Shown one piece after another: positions 10,046 to 20,640 of a stretch of 64,000 nucleotides of DNA. Each line of letters opens with the position of its first letter. Position 1 is the stretch's first letter. Origin of the DNA: an uncultured delta proteobacterium (GTDB taxonomy: Bacteria; Desulfobacterota; Binatia; UBA9968); the NCBI GenBank assembly GCA_963760795.1, contig CAVXEP010000018.1, positions 32,001-96,000 on the forward strand, in the 5' to 3' direction. Both the position numbers and the translations under genes were made by a program. Below the pieces are notes generated by a model. The model saw only the letters and a program-made list of their open reading frames with translations. It ran no database searches and was not told where the DNA came from.

Positions 10046-10126
10046 GTCATGCCGGCGAAGGCCGGCATCCAGGTTCGATTTCAGTTCCAGTACAATAGAC
10101 TGGATTCCGGCCTGCGCCGGAATGAC
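10046..10126. repeat. REP/RPE-like palindromic element
   Basis: gtcatgccggcgaaggccggcatccag … ctggattccggcctgcgccggaatgac. Confidence 0.85.
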
Positions 10127-10192
10127 GGACGAAGAGTTGACTTTCAGTCGACCAATAAAGAACCCATCGGTTCATTGCCGCGGGTCAGCCGG

Positions 10193-10612
10193 TCATTCGC
10201 CGATAATCTTCACCAGCACGCGCTTTTTCCGCCGGCCATCGAATTCGCCGTAGAAAATCTGCTCCCACGGGCCGAAGTCGAGCTTGCCTTCGGTGATCGC
10301 CACCATCACTTCACGGCCCATCACTTGGCGCTTGATATGCGCATCGGCGTTGTCCTCGCCGGTGTCGTTGTGGCGGTATTGCTTGATCGGTTCGTGCGGC
10401 GCGAGATTTTCCAGCCAGGCGGCGTAATCATGGTGCAAGCCGGCCTCATCGTCATTGATAAACACCGAAGCGGTGATATGCATGGCGTTGACCAGCGCCA
10501 GCCCCTCTTTCACCCCACTCTCGCGCAGACAGGAGTCAACCTGCGCCGTGATATTGACGAACGCCATCCGCGTCGGCGTATTGAACCACAACTCTTTACG
10601 AAAGCTCTTCAT
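10193..10612 (-). CDS. yjbQ: YjbQ family protein (UPF0047)
   Basis: [40 protein letters not shown]. Confidence 0.93.
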   Translation of the reverse strand: MKSFRKELWFNTPTRMAFVNITAQVDSCLRESGVKEGLALVNAMHITASVFINDDEAGLHHDYAAWLENLAPHEPIKQYRHNDTGEDNADAHIKRQVMGREVMVAITEGKLDFGPWEQIFYGEFDGRRKKRVLVKIIGE

Positions 10613-10747
10613 GGATCGTCCTCCCCGTGGTTTGATCTCTAGCCCGATAATTTATACAAACTACTGAAGGCCAAGTCATAGTTCCGAATAGACGATTGCA
10701 ACCTTTGGAACAACTGGAACACTTGGAACGGTTTCTTTGGAGGATCA

Positions 10748-12214
10748 ATGAATAACCAGGTTCGCTTCATCGATACGACAATTCGCGACGGCAACCAAAG
10801 CCTCTGGGCCTTGAACATGAAGATCGGCTCCATGCTGCCGGCGCTGCCGCATATGGACGAAGCCGGTTTCGAGTCCATGGAGTTTTTCTTGAGCGTCATC
10901 TTCAAAAAATATGTCCGCGAGCACAAAGAGAATCCCTGGTATTGGCTCAAGGATGGCACCAGACTGATCAAGAAAACCCGGCTGCGTTACCATGGCGGCA
11001 TGCATAGCGCCTTCGAGAAGACGCCGCATTGTATTCTCAAACTGCTGGTCGAACGGTTGGTTTCCTATGGCCTGACGCTGACGCGCACGTCGAACTGTTG
11101 GAACGACTATGACGCCTTCGGCGAAGAGATCGCCGATTTGAAAAAACATGGCATGGACGCCGTGGCCAATCTTATCTATTCAGTGTCGCCGCGCCATACC
11201 GACGAGTACTACGCCAGGAAGGCCAAGGAGGCCGCGGCGGCCCATCCCTGGCGCATCTGCTTCAAAGACGTCGGCGGCCTGCTCACGCCCGACCGCGCGC
11301 GCACGCTGATCCCGGTCGTCTTGAAAGCCGCCGGCGATATCCCGGTGGAGTTTCATGCCCACTGCAACAGCGGCCAGGCGCCGCTGAATTACTTGGAAGG
11401 CGTCAAGCTCGGCATGCGCATCCTGCACACCGCGATTCCGCCATTGGCCAACGGCTCATCGCAGCCGTCGATCTTTAACATCGCCAGCAATCTGAAAGCG
11501 CTGGGCTACGATCCGCAGATTGACTTGAAGCCGTTGGAGCCGGTGGTGAAACATTTTACCGCGGTCGCCCAACGCGACGGTCTGCCCATCGGCAAGCCGG
11601 TTGAATATGACGAGGGCATGTATCGGCACCAAGTGCCCGGCGGCATGATCTCCAACATGCGCCATCAACTGAAGATCGTCGGCAAAGAGCATTTGATGGA
11701 AGCCGCGCTGGAAGAAGCCGGCCAGGTGCGCAAAGACTTCGGCTATCCGATCATGGTCACGCCGTTGTCGCAATTCGTCGGCACCCAGGCGGCGATCAAC
11801 GTCATCGTCGGCGAGCGCTACAAAGAAGTGCCCGACCAGAATATCCAGTACGCCTTGGGCTTCTGGGGCAAGGAAGCGATCGAAGTGATGGACCCCAGCG
11901 TGCGCGACAAGATACTCAGCCGGCCGCGCGCCAAAGAGTGGACGCATTGGGAACAGCCGGAGCCGACGTTACATGAGATTCGCCAAAAATACGGCGCCCA
12001 GCTGTCCGACGAAGACTTGATTTTGCACTACTTCGCCGGCGAAGAGTACGTCAAAGCGCTGCCCAACCACGGCAAGCCAATTGAATATCTCGACGCCACC
12101 CAACCGCTGGTGAAAATCATCGAGCAGCTAGCGAAGCGCAAAGACTCGAACCAAGTCTATATCAAACAGCCAGGTTTCACGGTGCGCATGGAAAAACGCG
12201 CGACGGTTAGCTAG
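10748..12214 (+). CDS. Pyruvate carboxylase B / oxaloacetate decarboxylase alpha-like carboxyltransferase with no biotinyl domain
   Basis: DTTIRDGNQSL, FKDVGG, HAHC, HQVPGGMISN, GYPIMVTPLSQFVGTQA. Confidence 0.88.
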   Translation: MNNQVRFIDTTIRDGNQSLWALNMKIGSMLPALPHMDEAGFESMEFFLSVIFKKYVREHKENPWYWLKDGTRLIKKTRLRYHGGMHSAFEKTPHCILKLLVERLVSYGLTLTRTSNCWNDYDAFGEEIADLKKHGMDAVANLIYSVSPRHTDEYYARKAKEAAAAHPWRICFKDVGGLLTPDRARTLIPVVLKAAGDIPVEFHAHCNSGQAPLNYLEGVKLGMRILHTAIPPLANGSSQPSIFNIASNLKALGYDPQIDLKPLEPVVKHFTAVAQRDGLPIGKPVEYDEGMYRHQVPGGMISNMRHQLKIVGKEHLMEAALEEAGQVRKDFGYPIMVTPLSQFVGTQAAINVIVGERYKEVPDQNIQYALGFWGKEAIEVMDPSVRDKILSRPRAKEWTHWEQPEPTLHEIRQKYGAQLSDEDLILHYFAGEEYVKALPNHGKPIEYLDATQPLVKIIEQLAKRKDSNQVYIKQPGFTVRMEKRATVS

Positions 12215-12218
12215 GAGA

Positions 12219-12285
12219 GACTTCTGACTTCTGACTTCTGACTTCAAACGATTTGAACGGCTTGAACGAATGGAACGTTTTGCAC
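12219..12285. repeat. Tandem heptamer (gacttct x4) followed by a nonamer array (nnnttgaac x4)
   Basis: Directly visible between two convergent genes. Confidence 0.8.
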
Positions 12286-12304
12286 CGCCGCCGCACAGCG
12301 GCGG

Positions 12305-12955
12305 CTAAGGATCATCCCCCTCGGATGCCGCCCCAGGCGCCAAATGACTGACATCGCCCCAGGTCAGCAGCATCCAATTGCCGTCTTCATGGGCGAAGAC
12401 GTTTAAGCCGGCGTTAACGAACTCGAAGCGGCGCGGCGCTTCGAGAGAAATCTCCAAGGTGTGGCGAAAAAAACCGCTCACCACGCCGCCATGGGTGACC
12501 ACGACGATCTGCTCGCCTACATGTCTGGCCGCGAGGTCGTTGAGGCAAGCCATATTGCGTTCGACCTGCTGCACCATGCTCTCGCCACCGGGAATGACAT
12601 AGCCAGGTCCCTGGCTGCGCATCGCCCGGCGCTCTTCCGGATACTTCGCACTAATTTCCTCGCCGTTGAGTCCTTGGAAAATCCCGAGATGACGCTCGCG
12701 CAAGCGCGCGTCGGTAACGATCGCGTGGCCCGTGACCTTTGAGACCTCTTGCGCCGTCTGCACCGCCCTACCGAGGTCGCTGCTGTACAACGCCGTGAAC
12801 TTCTCCCGCGCCAAACGCTGCCCCAACGCCTTTGCTTGAGCCATTCCCCTGGCCGTCAGCGGACTATCGAGATAGCCCTGGCGAATGCCGCGAATGTTCC
12901 ATTCGGTCTGGCCATGGCGAACGATGATGATTTGCGTGCGGTTCATGGACTCCAT
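12305..12955 (-). CDS. Histidine phosphatase (phosphoglycerate mutase family)
   Basis: VRHGQTEWN, SSDLGRA, LRERHLG, PGGES, VTHGG. Confidence 0.92.
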   Translation of the reverse strand: MESMNRTQIIIVRHGQTEWNIRGIRQGYLDSPLTARGMAQAKALGQRLAREKFTALYSSDLGRAVQTAQEVSKVTGHAIVTDARLRERHLGIFQGLNGEEISAKYPEERRAMRSQGPGYVIPGGESMVQQVERNMACLNDLAARHVGEQIVVVTHGGVVSGFFRHTLEISLEAPRRFEFVNAGLNVFAHEDGNWMLLTWGDVSHLAPGAASEGDDP

Positions 12956-13117
12956 ACCTCGCGATCAATGCTAAATGTCACGGTCTCAGGAATAAAGTCA
13001 AACCCACAGCCGTAAATCTGACATCATAATAGTTCAGTCATAGAAGCTGAGAGTTTGTGCTTGTCGTTATGCCGCCGCTCTGCTATCCAAAGAGCAAATT
13101 TCGCGGTCCGATACCCC

Positions 13118-15433
13118 ATGTCGCAATTCCCTGCTCCGCAACAGTCCGCTCTCCGCGTCGTCGGCCAGTCGGTCACTCGCGTCGACGCCCATAGCAAGAT
13201 CACCGGCGCCGCCGAGTTTTCCGGCGACCGTCTGTCGGTCGAGAATCTGCTGTACGGAAAAACCCTGCGCAGTCCCCATGCTCATGCGCAGATCGTCGCC
13301 ATCGACACCGCGAAAGCCGAGGCGTTACCCGGCGTACGTGCGGTGATCACTTATCGCGATGTGCCGGCAATCCCGTTCGAAGCCGGTGATGATTCAGGGT
13401 CTGACGGAGCGGTGGCGCCGGTTTATTTACTCAATCGAACCTTGCGTCACGTCGGCGACGAAGTCGCGGCCATAGCCGCCGACACCGAAGAGATCGCCGA
13501 AGAAGCACTGCGCTTGATTCAAGTCGACTATCGTTCCCTGCCCTTCGTCTTGAATGAAGAGCGCGCCCTCGAAGCCAATGCGCCGTCGGTGCGCGGCGGC
13601 GCTAACTTGGCCGGCAAAGAAGCGATCGAATTCTCGCGCGGCAATGTCGACGTCGGCATGCGGGAAGCTGCGCAGATCTTCGAGCAAACCTATCGCACGC
13701 AATCCACCAGTCCCCTGGCGCTGGAGCCGCGCTACGCCGTGGCGTCCTGGCAAGGCGATCGGCTCACGGTATGGAAGGCCAGTCGCAACGTCTACGGCGA
13801 TCGCGACAAGCTCGCCAAGACATTCTCACTGCCGCCGGACCGCGTCCGTGTCGTCGCCACCTATCTTGGCGGCGGCTTCGGCAGCAAAGATGAAACCCGA
13901 TTAGGACTCATCACCGCGCTGCTCGCGCGCCGGGCCGGCCGGCCCGTGCGCATGGGCTACAGTCGCGAGGAAGAACTCGGTTATGGCAAATGGCGCCACG
14001 CCACCACGACGCATATTCGCATGGGCATCAAAGCGGACGGCAGCATCGCCGCCATCGACACCACCAGCGCGCTCAACACCGGCCCCTACGCGCCCGGCTA
14101 CGGCGTCGCTTCCCGGCTGGGCCACGGGCTCACTTATCTTTACAGCTGCGCCAACGCGCGCTTCATCGGCAAAGTCGCCTACACCAATAGTCCCGTGGCC
14201 GGCTCCTATCGCGGTCTCGGCGCGCCGCAGGCCCATTTCGCCCTGGAATCCTTCGCCGACGAAGTCGCGGAAAGTCTACGCATCGACCCGCTGGAGTTCC
14301 GCTTGCGCCACTGCGTGGGCCCCGAAGGCCAACCGGGAGAGCGCGTGACAGCACTTGACAGTTTAGTTCCATCACAACCGATCGAAGGCGGCGTGCCCTT
14401 TTCCAGCAATCTCTTGGCGCAATGTCTCAAAGAAGGGGCGAAGCGAATCGGTTGGCAGGCGCGCCCCAACGGTCCGCGCAAACGGCTAGTCAACGGCAAG
14501 TATCGCGGCATGGGTTTGGCCGCGTGCATTTACAAAACCGGGCAATCCCAATCGTCGGCCAGGGTCAAACTATCAGCCGACGGCAGCGCCGAACTTTCGA
14601 TGAGCATCACCGAGATCGGCCAAGGCGCATGGACGATCCTCAGTCAGATCGTCGCCGAAACTCTCGGGATGGATATGGCAAAAGTTCACGCGACCTTTGC
14701 CGACACCGACACCACGCCGTTCGCGCACAGCACTTCCGGCAGCACGACGACGTTCACGTCAGGACTGGCCGCGCAACAAGCCGCCGAAGACGCCAAGCGC
14801 CAGCTACTCGAAAGCGCCGCGAAATTGCTCGAAGCGGAGCCGGCGAAATTGCTGTGGCGCGATGAATTTGTCGTGATCGTCGACACGCCGGAAATAAAAA
14901 TTCCCGTCGGTCACGTCGTCCGGCGCCAGCCTGAACAGACCATCGTCGGCGAGGCCAAACTGCGCGCCGGCAGCACGACCCACATCATCAATTCCTTCGC
15001 CGCCCACTTCGCCGCGGTCGAAGTCGACCCCGACACCGGCGGCGTGCGCGTGCTCAACTACGTCGCCGTGCATGACTCCGGCAGGATCATCCATCCCGAA
15101 GCGGCGCGCGGCCAGATCATCGGCGGCGTCGTCCAAGGCATCGGCTACGCGCTGATGGAAGAGATCCCCATGGACCCTGACACCGGCGCGCCGCTAACGC
15201 TCAACCTGGACTCGTTCAAGATCCCCAACTTGATCGATATCCCACCCATCGAAGCAATATTCATCGAACAGCCCGACCCCATCGGCCCCTACGGCGCAAA
15301 GGCGCTCGGCGAACCGCCCCTCGTGCCCGTAGCCGCAGCGATCGCCAATGCCGTCAACGACGCCACCGGCGTGCGCATCCGTGAGTTGCCAATCACCGCG
15401 GAGAAGGTGCTGCGGGGACTGCACGGAATTTGA
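13118..15433 (+). CDS. Xanthine dehydrogenase family molybdopterin-binding subunit
   Basis: LRSPHAHA, GGGFGSK, YRGLGAPQ, EIGQG, GQIIGGVVQGIG, KALGEPP. Confidence 0.93.
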   Translation: MSQFPAPQQSALRVVGQSVTRVDAHSKITGAAEFSGDRLSVENLLYGKTLRSPHAHAQIVAIDTAKAEALPGVRAVITYRDVPAIPFEAGDDSGSDGAVAPVYLLNRTLRHVGDEVAAIAADTEEIAEEALRLIQVDYRSLPFVLNEERALEANAPSVRGGANLAGKEAIEFSRGNVDVGMREAAQIFEQTYRTQSTSPLALEPRYAVASWQGDRLTVWKASRNVYGDRDKLAKTFSLPPDRVRVVATYLGGGFGSKDETRLGLITALLARRAGRPVRMGYSREEELGYGKWRHATTTHIRMGIKADGSIAAIDTTSALNTGPYAPGYGVASRLGHGLTYLYSCANARFIGKVAYTNSPVAGSYRGLGAPQAHFALESFADEVAESLRIDPLEFRLRHCVGPEGQPGERVTALDSLVPSQPIEGGVPFSSNLLAQCLKEGAKRIGWQARPNGPRKRLVNGKYRGMGLAACIYKTGQSQSSARVKLSADGSAELSMSITEIGQGAWTILSQIVAETLGMDMAKVHATFADTDTTPFAHSTSGSTTTFTSGLAAQQAAEDAKRQLLESAAKLLEAEPAKLLWRDEFVVIVDTPEIKIPVGHVVRRQPEQTIVGEAKLRAGSTTHIINSFAAHFAAVEVDPDTGGVRVLNYVAVHDSGRIIHPEAARGQIIGGVVQGIGYALMEEIPMDPDTGAPLTLNLDSFKIPNLIDIPPIEAIFIEQPDPIGPYGAKALGEPPLVPVAAAIANAVNDATGVRIRELPITAEKVLRGLHGI

Positions 15434-15451
15434 ATCGCGTTAGGACATTTA

Positions 15452-16264
15452 ATGCCCATACTGAAACGCTGCAACGTCGACATTCATTACGAAACCCACG
15501 GCGCCGGCACACCATTGCTATTTTTCTGTGAAACCGCCTGCGCCGGCGACATCTGGCACACCTTTCAGGTCCCGGAATTTTCCCGGGATCACTTGGTCAT
15601 CACCCACGACTATCGCGGCACGGGCAAGTCGAGCCGGCCGATCGAGCAATATTCCTGCGACGATTTCGTCGACGATGCGGTGGCCATACTCGATCAATTG
15701 AACGTCGGTCAAGCCATTCTCCTCGGACATTCGATGGGCGGGCGGGTGGCGCTATTGATGGCGCTGAAATACCCGGACAGAGTTAAGAAAATAATTGCCG
15801 CGTCGGTCGGCGCCGGAGTCGCCAATGCGCCGCCGATCCCGTTCAAGATGTGCAAAGAGATGGTCGCGTGGGGTTATGAGAAATATGTCCGCGAGCATAC
15901 CTTGGAGGTCGGCTGGACACAGGAATATATTGAGCAACACCCCGACCGCGTCGATCAATTTCTGAAGGTTCGCATGAGCAACTTGCCGACGTTGGACGAC
16001 TACCTGCGCCATGTCGTCGCCCGCCAGGCTTGCGACGTCAGTCAGCGTCTTGGCGCGATTAAACAGCCGGCGCTGGTTCTCGTCGGCGACCAAGATCACG
16101 GCTCGGCCACCGGCGCGTCGCATCGGGTGGCGTCCGAAGCCATGGCCAAAGCGCTGCCCAACGGCCAATATGCCGTCATCCCCAATGAAGCGCACAACTA
16201 TTTCATGACCAACCCGGGCCAGGCGCACCGCATCATCAGACAGTTTCTCGCCGCGAATTCCTAG
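15452..16264 (+). CDS. Alpha/beta fold hydrolase
   Basis: DYRGTGKS, GHSMGG, GDQD, EAH. Confidence 0.9.
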   Translation: MPILKRCNVDIHYETHGAGTPLLFFCETACAGDIWHTFQVPEFSRDHLVITHDYRGTGKSSRPIEQYSCDDFVDDAVAILDQLNVGQAILLGHSMGGRVALLMALKYPDRVKKIIAASVGAGVANAPPIPFKMCKEMVAWGYEKYVREHTLEVGWTQEYIEQHPDRVDQFLKVRMSNLPTLDDYLRHVVARQACDVSQRLGAIKQPALVLVGDQDHGSATGASHRVASEAMAKALPNGQYAVIPNEAHNYFMTNPGQAHRIIRQFLAANS

Positions 16265-16413
16265 GGTGCGCTCGCCGCACTGGAGTTCGGACTGGTGCCC
16301 AATGCGCACTCGACCATCTACTACTCCATTGACGCGGCGACCCACTTCAGTGTAACTGAGATTCTGCGAAGCCAAACACTAGACTCCAGACCCTAACCTT
16401 TCGGAGGAACCCC

Positions 16414-17223
16414 ATGCTCGCCAAAATCCGCCATATCGCCATGTACACCCACAACCACGCCGCGGTGGACAATTTTTATCAGCAGGTCTTCGGCATGCGG
16501 CGCATGACCAGCAACACGCTGGATGAAACGGGCAAACAAAATGCCAGCCGCGGCCATATCAGCGACGGCGTCATCGGTCTGGCGGTATTGTCGCGCTACG
16601 CCGGCATGCAGTCCGGAATGGACCACTATGGTTTTGAAGTCGAGGATATCAAAGAGTTTGTCCGACGCATGGAACAGCAGTATCCGAAATCGATGATCGC
16701 CAAGGGATTGGAGTACGTGCCCTTCGCAGGCCTGCGCAGCTACGATCCGGCAGGCACCCAGTTCGACATTGCCCAAGCCCATGTCGCCAACGTCCGCGAA
16801 GGTTACAACGAATCCGGTTGGGAGCAGCCGCGCTGGATCAATCACATCTCGATCCGCGCCAACGACCCCGGTCAGGTCGCCGAATTCTACGAAAAAATAT
16901 TCGAGCTGAAGGAAGCCGAAACCTACAAAGACGACGGCTCCATCTGCATGACCGATGGCAAAGTGAAGCTGCTGCTCCGCCCCCGCGACAACAGCCTGTA
17001 CCGCGGCCTGCGCGAGGGGCTCGATCACTTTGGCTTCAAAGTGGAAAGCTTGGCCAAGACCCAAAACGACCTGGCGGCGCTCGCTGAAAGCGCGCCGCCG
17101 TCCGCGAGCGGCAAATTTGTCGGCGGCAACGGCAAGAAGAACGAGGAAGACTTTCACCGCTGCTGCCTTGGCCAGCATTTTGTCGCCGACCCCGATGGTG
17201 TGTTGATCGATATGGCGGAATAA
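16414..17223 (+). CDS. Two-domain VOC family protein
   Basis: Duplicated RHIA/NHIS…GMDHYGFEV/GLDHFGFKV…DPAG/DPDG modules. Confidence 0.85.
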   Translation: MLAKIRHIAMYTHNHAAVDNFYQQVFGMRRMTSNTLDETGKQNASRGHISDGVIGLAVLSRYAGMQSGMDHYGFEVEDIKEFVRRMEQQYPKSMIAKGLEYVPFAGLRSYDPAGTQFDIAQAHVANVREGYNESGWEQPRWINHISIRANDPGQVAEFYEKIFELKEAETYKDDGSICMTDGKVKLLLRPRDNSLYRGLREGLDHFGFKVESLAKTQNDLAALAESAPPSASGKFVGGNGKKNEEDFHRCCLGQHFVADPDGVLIDMAE

Positions 17224-17281
17224 CAATCTATTAGAAATACGGAGTGAATTTTACTCCTTACTTCCCCGCTGAGGAGCATTC

Positions 17282-18073
17282 ATGCGCGACCTCGGACTTA
17301 CAGATAAAGTCGTTCTGATCACCGGTGGCGGCGGCGTGCTCGGCTCGGCGTTTGCCCGCGGCTTCGCCGATTCCGGCGCAAAGCTCGCTATCGGCGACTT
17401 CGTGCGCGACAAAGCGGCGAAAGTCGCCAACGATCTAATTGCGCGCGGCACCGATGCCATTGGCGTCGGCGCCGACGTGACCAAGGAAGATCAGGTTGCT
17501 AAGATGATCGCCGACGTGGTCGGCCGCTTCGGCACTATCGATATTTTAGTAAATGCCGCCGCGGTGCAAATTTACCCCGGAAAAGAAATTACCGAAGTCG
17601 AGTCCAACGAGTGGGACTTTGTCTTGGGCATAGGCCTCAAGGGGATCTACATGTGTTCCAGGCAAGTTGTGCCGGTGATGAAAAAAGCCGGCCGCGGCAA
17701 GATCGTCAACATCGCTTCCATCGCCGGCCATCGCGGCCTGCCGGGCGGCTCGGCCTACAGCGCAGCTAAAGGCGGCGTCGTCAATCTCACCAGACAGATG
17801 GGCGTCGAGCTCGGCAAGTATCATATCAATGTCAATTCGATCAGCCCCGGCTTCACACCCAACCGTTTGACCAGCGTCAATCAATACGCCGGCAAACCGG
17901 ACGACAGCAGCCAAACTCTGGCCGCCGGTGTCAATCTAACCGTACCGCCGTTGGGCAGAAACGGAGACATCGAAGATTACGTCGGACCGGTGCTCTTTCT
18001 CGCCTCTGCTTGGGCGGACTACATCACCGGCGCAGATATTCCCGTCGAGGGCGGCAGGATGGCAGCGCGATGA
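17282..18073 (+). CDS. SDR family oxidoreductase
   Basis: TGGGGVLG, NIASIAG, YSAAK, VNSISPG. Confidence 0.93.
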   Translation: MRDLGLTDKVVLITGGGGVLGSAFARGFADSGAKLAIGDFVRDKAAKVANDLIARGTDAIGVGADVTKEDQVAKMIADVVGRFGTIDILVNAAAVQIYPGKEITEVESNEWDFVLGIGLKGIYMCSRQVVPVMKKAGRGKIVNIASIAGHRGLPGGSAYSAAKGGVVNLTRQMGVELGKYHINVNSISPGFTPNRLTSVNQYAGKPDDSSQTLAAGVNLTVPPLGRNGDIEDYVGPVLFLASAWADYITGADIPVEGGRMAAR

Positions 18074-18130
18074 CGATGGCTGCGCCCCATTGCACGTCAA
18101 GAAACTGACACCGGCGATATTAATCTTTAG

Positions 18131-18814
18131 TTAGTTGAGGGTTCGCGGCGCGATCTCAATGTCACTGGTGGCCGGGCCGGCGCCGAGCTTCAGCAAATCG
18201 ATGAGCATGTTTTCGCGGTCCTGGAGCGTCGCGGCTTCGAGCAGCGCCTGCTTTTCAGCGGGATGAAAGGGCAGCGACACGCCGAGGAGATTGACCAGCT
18301 CTAGATCCGAGAACTTCGCCGCTTGATCGGCATTGACCTGCATGCCATGGGCGGTGCCAAAGACCGATAGCGCTTCGATAATCGCCGCACGCGCACAGTG
18401 CCAGTCTTGCTCCAGTTCGGCGTCGGCGAATTCATTATAGTGCGCTTTGACCCTGCGGTAACCGCGCTGCAACGGCAACTCTTCGGCAAAGCGAAATCGG
18501 CTAACCCCCTTGAGCTGCACGAAGAACCGTCCATCTGGCAACTTTTCACACGTTTCCATGAAACCGGCGCAGCCGACTTTATAGAGATCCGGCGCGCTGT
18601 TCTCGGCCTCAGGCTGAGGTCCGCGATTATCGTTCTGTGGCGCGTAGGGCTGGATCATGCCGAACATTTTGTCGCCTTGCTGGGCGTCTTCGACCATGGC
18701 GCGATAGCGCGGCTCAAAGATATGCAGCGGCAAAACCGTGCCTGGCAACATCATCACGCCAGTCAATGGAAAAACCGGGAGAATCTCCGGACACTTCATT
18801 TGTGGGATGGTCAT
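18131..18814 (-). CDS. Stand-alone LON peptidase substrate-binding domain protein
   Basis: LPVFPL…PGTVLPLHIFEPRYRAMV…EKQALLEA. Confidence 0.88.
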   Translation of the reverse strand: MTIPQMKCPEILPVFPLTGVMMLPGTVLPLHIFEPRYRAMVEDAQQGDKMFGMIQPYAPQNDNRGPQPEAENSAPDLYKVGCAGFMETCEKLPDGRFFVQLKGVSRFRFAEELPLQRGYRRVKAHYNEFADAELEQDWHCARAAIIEALSVFGTAHGMQVNADQAAKFSDLELVNLLGVSLPFHPAEKQALLEAATLQDRENMLIDLLKLGAGPATSDIEIAPRTLN

Positions 18815-19047
18815 GGTCACAAGCTCGCCCTCTGACTTGGTTATAGGTTATGCGGTGAAATCGGTCAAGACGAAGGCAAATTCAGCGATCCGCGCAATCC
18901 GATTGCGCCATCGGTCATGGGTCGTCGGGCCGATGGTTCACGCCTGATAAGTGAATACTACCCGCGCGCGCTTGCAATCGATCCGGCCGGTATTCTATTT
19001 TGTCGTCCATCCGCTTGAACTCATTCACGGAATAAGGAAATCGCACC

Positions 19048-19480
19048 ATGGCCGAATTCATTCCGGTGGAAACCGGCAGGGCTAAAGAATTTCTCGACGA
19101 ACAATCATCATGGCGTGCTCGCCACCCGGCGCAAAAACGGCGACTTGCAGATGTCGCCGGTAACCTGCGGTCTCGATGGCGCAGGCCGAGCGGTGATCAG
19201 CAGCCGCGAGACCGCGTACAAGGTCAACAATCTGCGCCGCGATCCGCGCGCCGCCCTATGCACGTTCGGCAATACGTTTCACGGCGAAGGCTGGGTCCAA
19301 GTCAGCGGCAAGGCCGAAATCGTTTCGCTACCCGAAGCCCTCGACACTCTGGTCTACTTGCAGCGCCAAGTCTACGGCGAGCACAAGAGCTGGCCGGAAT
19401 TTCACCAACGCATGGCGCGCGAGCAGCGCGTGATCATTCGCATCTCCCTCGAAAGCGTCGGCCCTAAAGTGCGCGGCTAA
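19048..19480 (+). CDS. PPOX-class F420-dependent oxidoreductase; apparent frameshift near 19100
   Basis: MAEFIPVETGRAKEFL joins GVLATRRKNGDLQMSPV…KVNNLRRDPR; aaggaa RBS upstream. Confidence 0.8.
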
Positions 19481-19496
19481 CCGCGCCTATCAAACG

Positions 19497-20141
19497 ATGC
19501 AGTGTCGCGCCCGAACCTTGACAAGAGTGAAGCCGCTAAGACTGCTTTGGCTGGTTGCGTTATTGCTCCTCATTGACGTCGCGAGCGCGGGACTCTCGGG
19601 TCTGGCAGCGCCGGCGAACCGTTTCTTAGCCGGCCAATTGCTCGTCGCCAGCAGCGAAATGAAGGACCCGCGTTTCGCCGAATCGATCATCTACCTGGTA
19701 AAACACGATGACACAGGCGCACTCGGTTTAGTCGTCAACAAGCCGGTTGCCAAGGTGCCCTTCGACGAACTGCTGAAAGGCTTTGGCATCGAGGACAAAG
19801 GCGCCAAGGGCGAAATCGTTGTGCATTACGGCGGGCCGGTAAGCCGCCATCAAGGGTTTGTCCTGCATAGCGATGACTGGGTCCTAGATAGCAGCACCAA
19901 AGTCAAAGACGGCGTCGCCATGACCGCCGACGCCAAAATGGTGCAAGCGCTCGCGGTCGGCAAAGGTCCGCGCCAAGCGTTGCTAATCTTGGGCTACGCC
20001 GGTTGGGCCGCCGGCCAGTTGGAAATGGAACTCAAAGACAATTCATGGTTCGCGATCGCCGCTGACAAGTCGTTAGTCTTCGGCAATGAACCCGAGAAAA
20101 AATGGCGCCGCGCCATGGACAAAAGACAGATACCGCTGTGA
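19497..20141 (+). CDS. YqgE/AlgH family protein
   Basis: GQLLVA…DPRFAESIIYL…GLVVNKP…YGGPV…GYAGWAAGQLEMEL; possible N-terminal signal sequence. Confidence 0.9.
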   Translation: MQCRARTLTRVKPLRLLWLVALLLLIDVASAGLSGLAAPANRFLAGQLLVASSEMKDPRFAESIIYLVKHDDTGALGLVVNKPVAKVPFDELLKGFGIEDKGAKGEIVVHYGGPVSRHQGFVLHSDDWVLDSSTKVKDGVAMTADAKMVQALAVGKGPRQALLILGYAGWAAGQLEMELKDNSWFAIAADKSLVFGNEPEKKWRRAMDKRQIPL

Positions 20142-20207
20142 TATGAAAGAACCGGCAGAGCTCGGAAACGGACACCGGGACACAGCCAACATCATTTGGG
20201 AGAACTT

Positions 20208-20559
20208 ATGAAAATCGTCAGACTCTACAGCGGCAGCGATCAAAAATCGCACTTTGAAGAAATCGAACTAAGATTCGCCGGCAACCAACCGATGCTCAGC
20301 ACCGACATGCGCGCCGCCACCGGCGCGGTGTTTCGCTCCGCTCCCGTGGGACTATTCTTGGAGCGCCATCCCGCGCCGCGACGGCAGTATCTCGTCACCC
20401 TCTCCGGCTCCTGGGAGATCGAAGCGAGCAACGGCGTCAAGCGGGTATTTACAAACCGGCGACGTCATGCTCGCCGACGACACCAGCGGCGAAGGCCACA
20501 CCTCGCGCGTGCTCGGCAGCGAGCCCCATGTGTTCATGACCGTGCCACTGGCGGATTAG
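20208..20559 (+). CDS. Small cupin-domain protein; apparent frameshift near 20452
   Basis: HPAPRRQYLVTLSG…VF joins TGDVMLADDTSGEGHTSR in another frame. Confidence 0.8.
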
Positions 20560-20640
20560 AAGATAATAGGTTCCAGTCGTTCCAAACGTTCAAATCGTTG
20601 CAGTCGTTTGGCACCCGCAATCGAGCATCCCGGAGAAATT

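Noticed and set aside
9992-10642. 216-aa plus-strand ORF
   Set aside because: It consists of a translated REP element and the antisense of yjbQ
12960-13117. Moco riboswitch upstream of the molybdoenzyme
   Set aside because: I could not see a convincing conserved structure; an Infernal/Rfam scan would be needed
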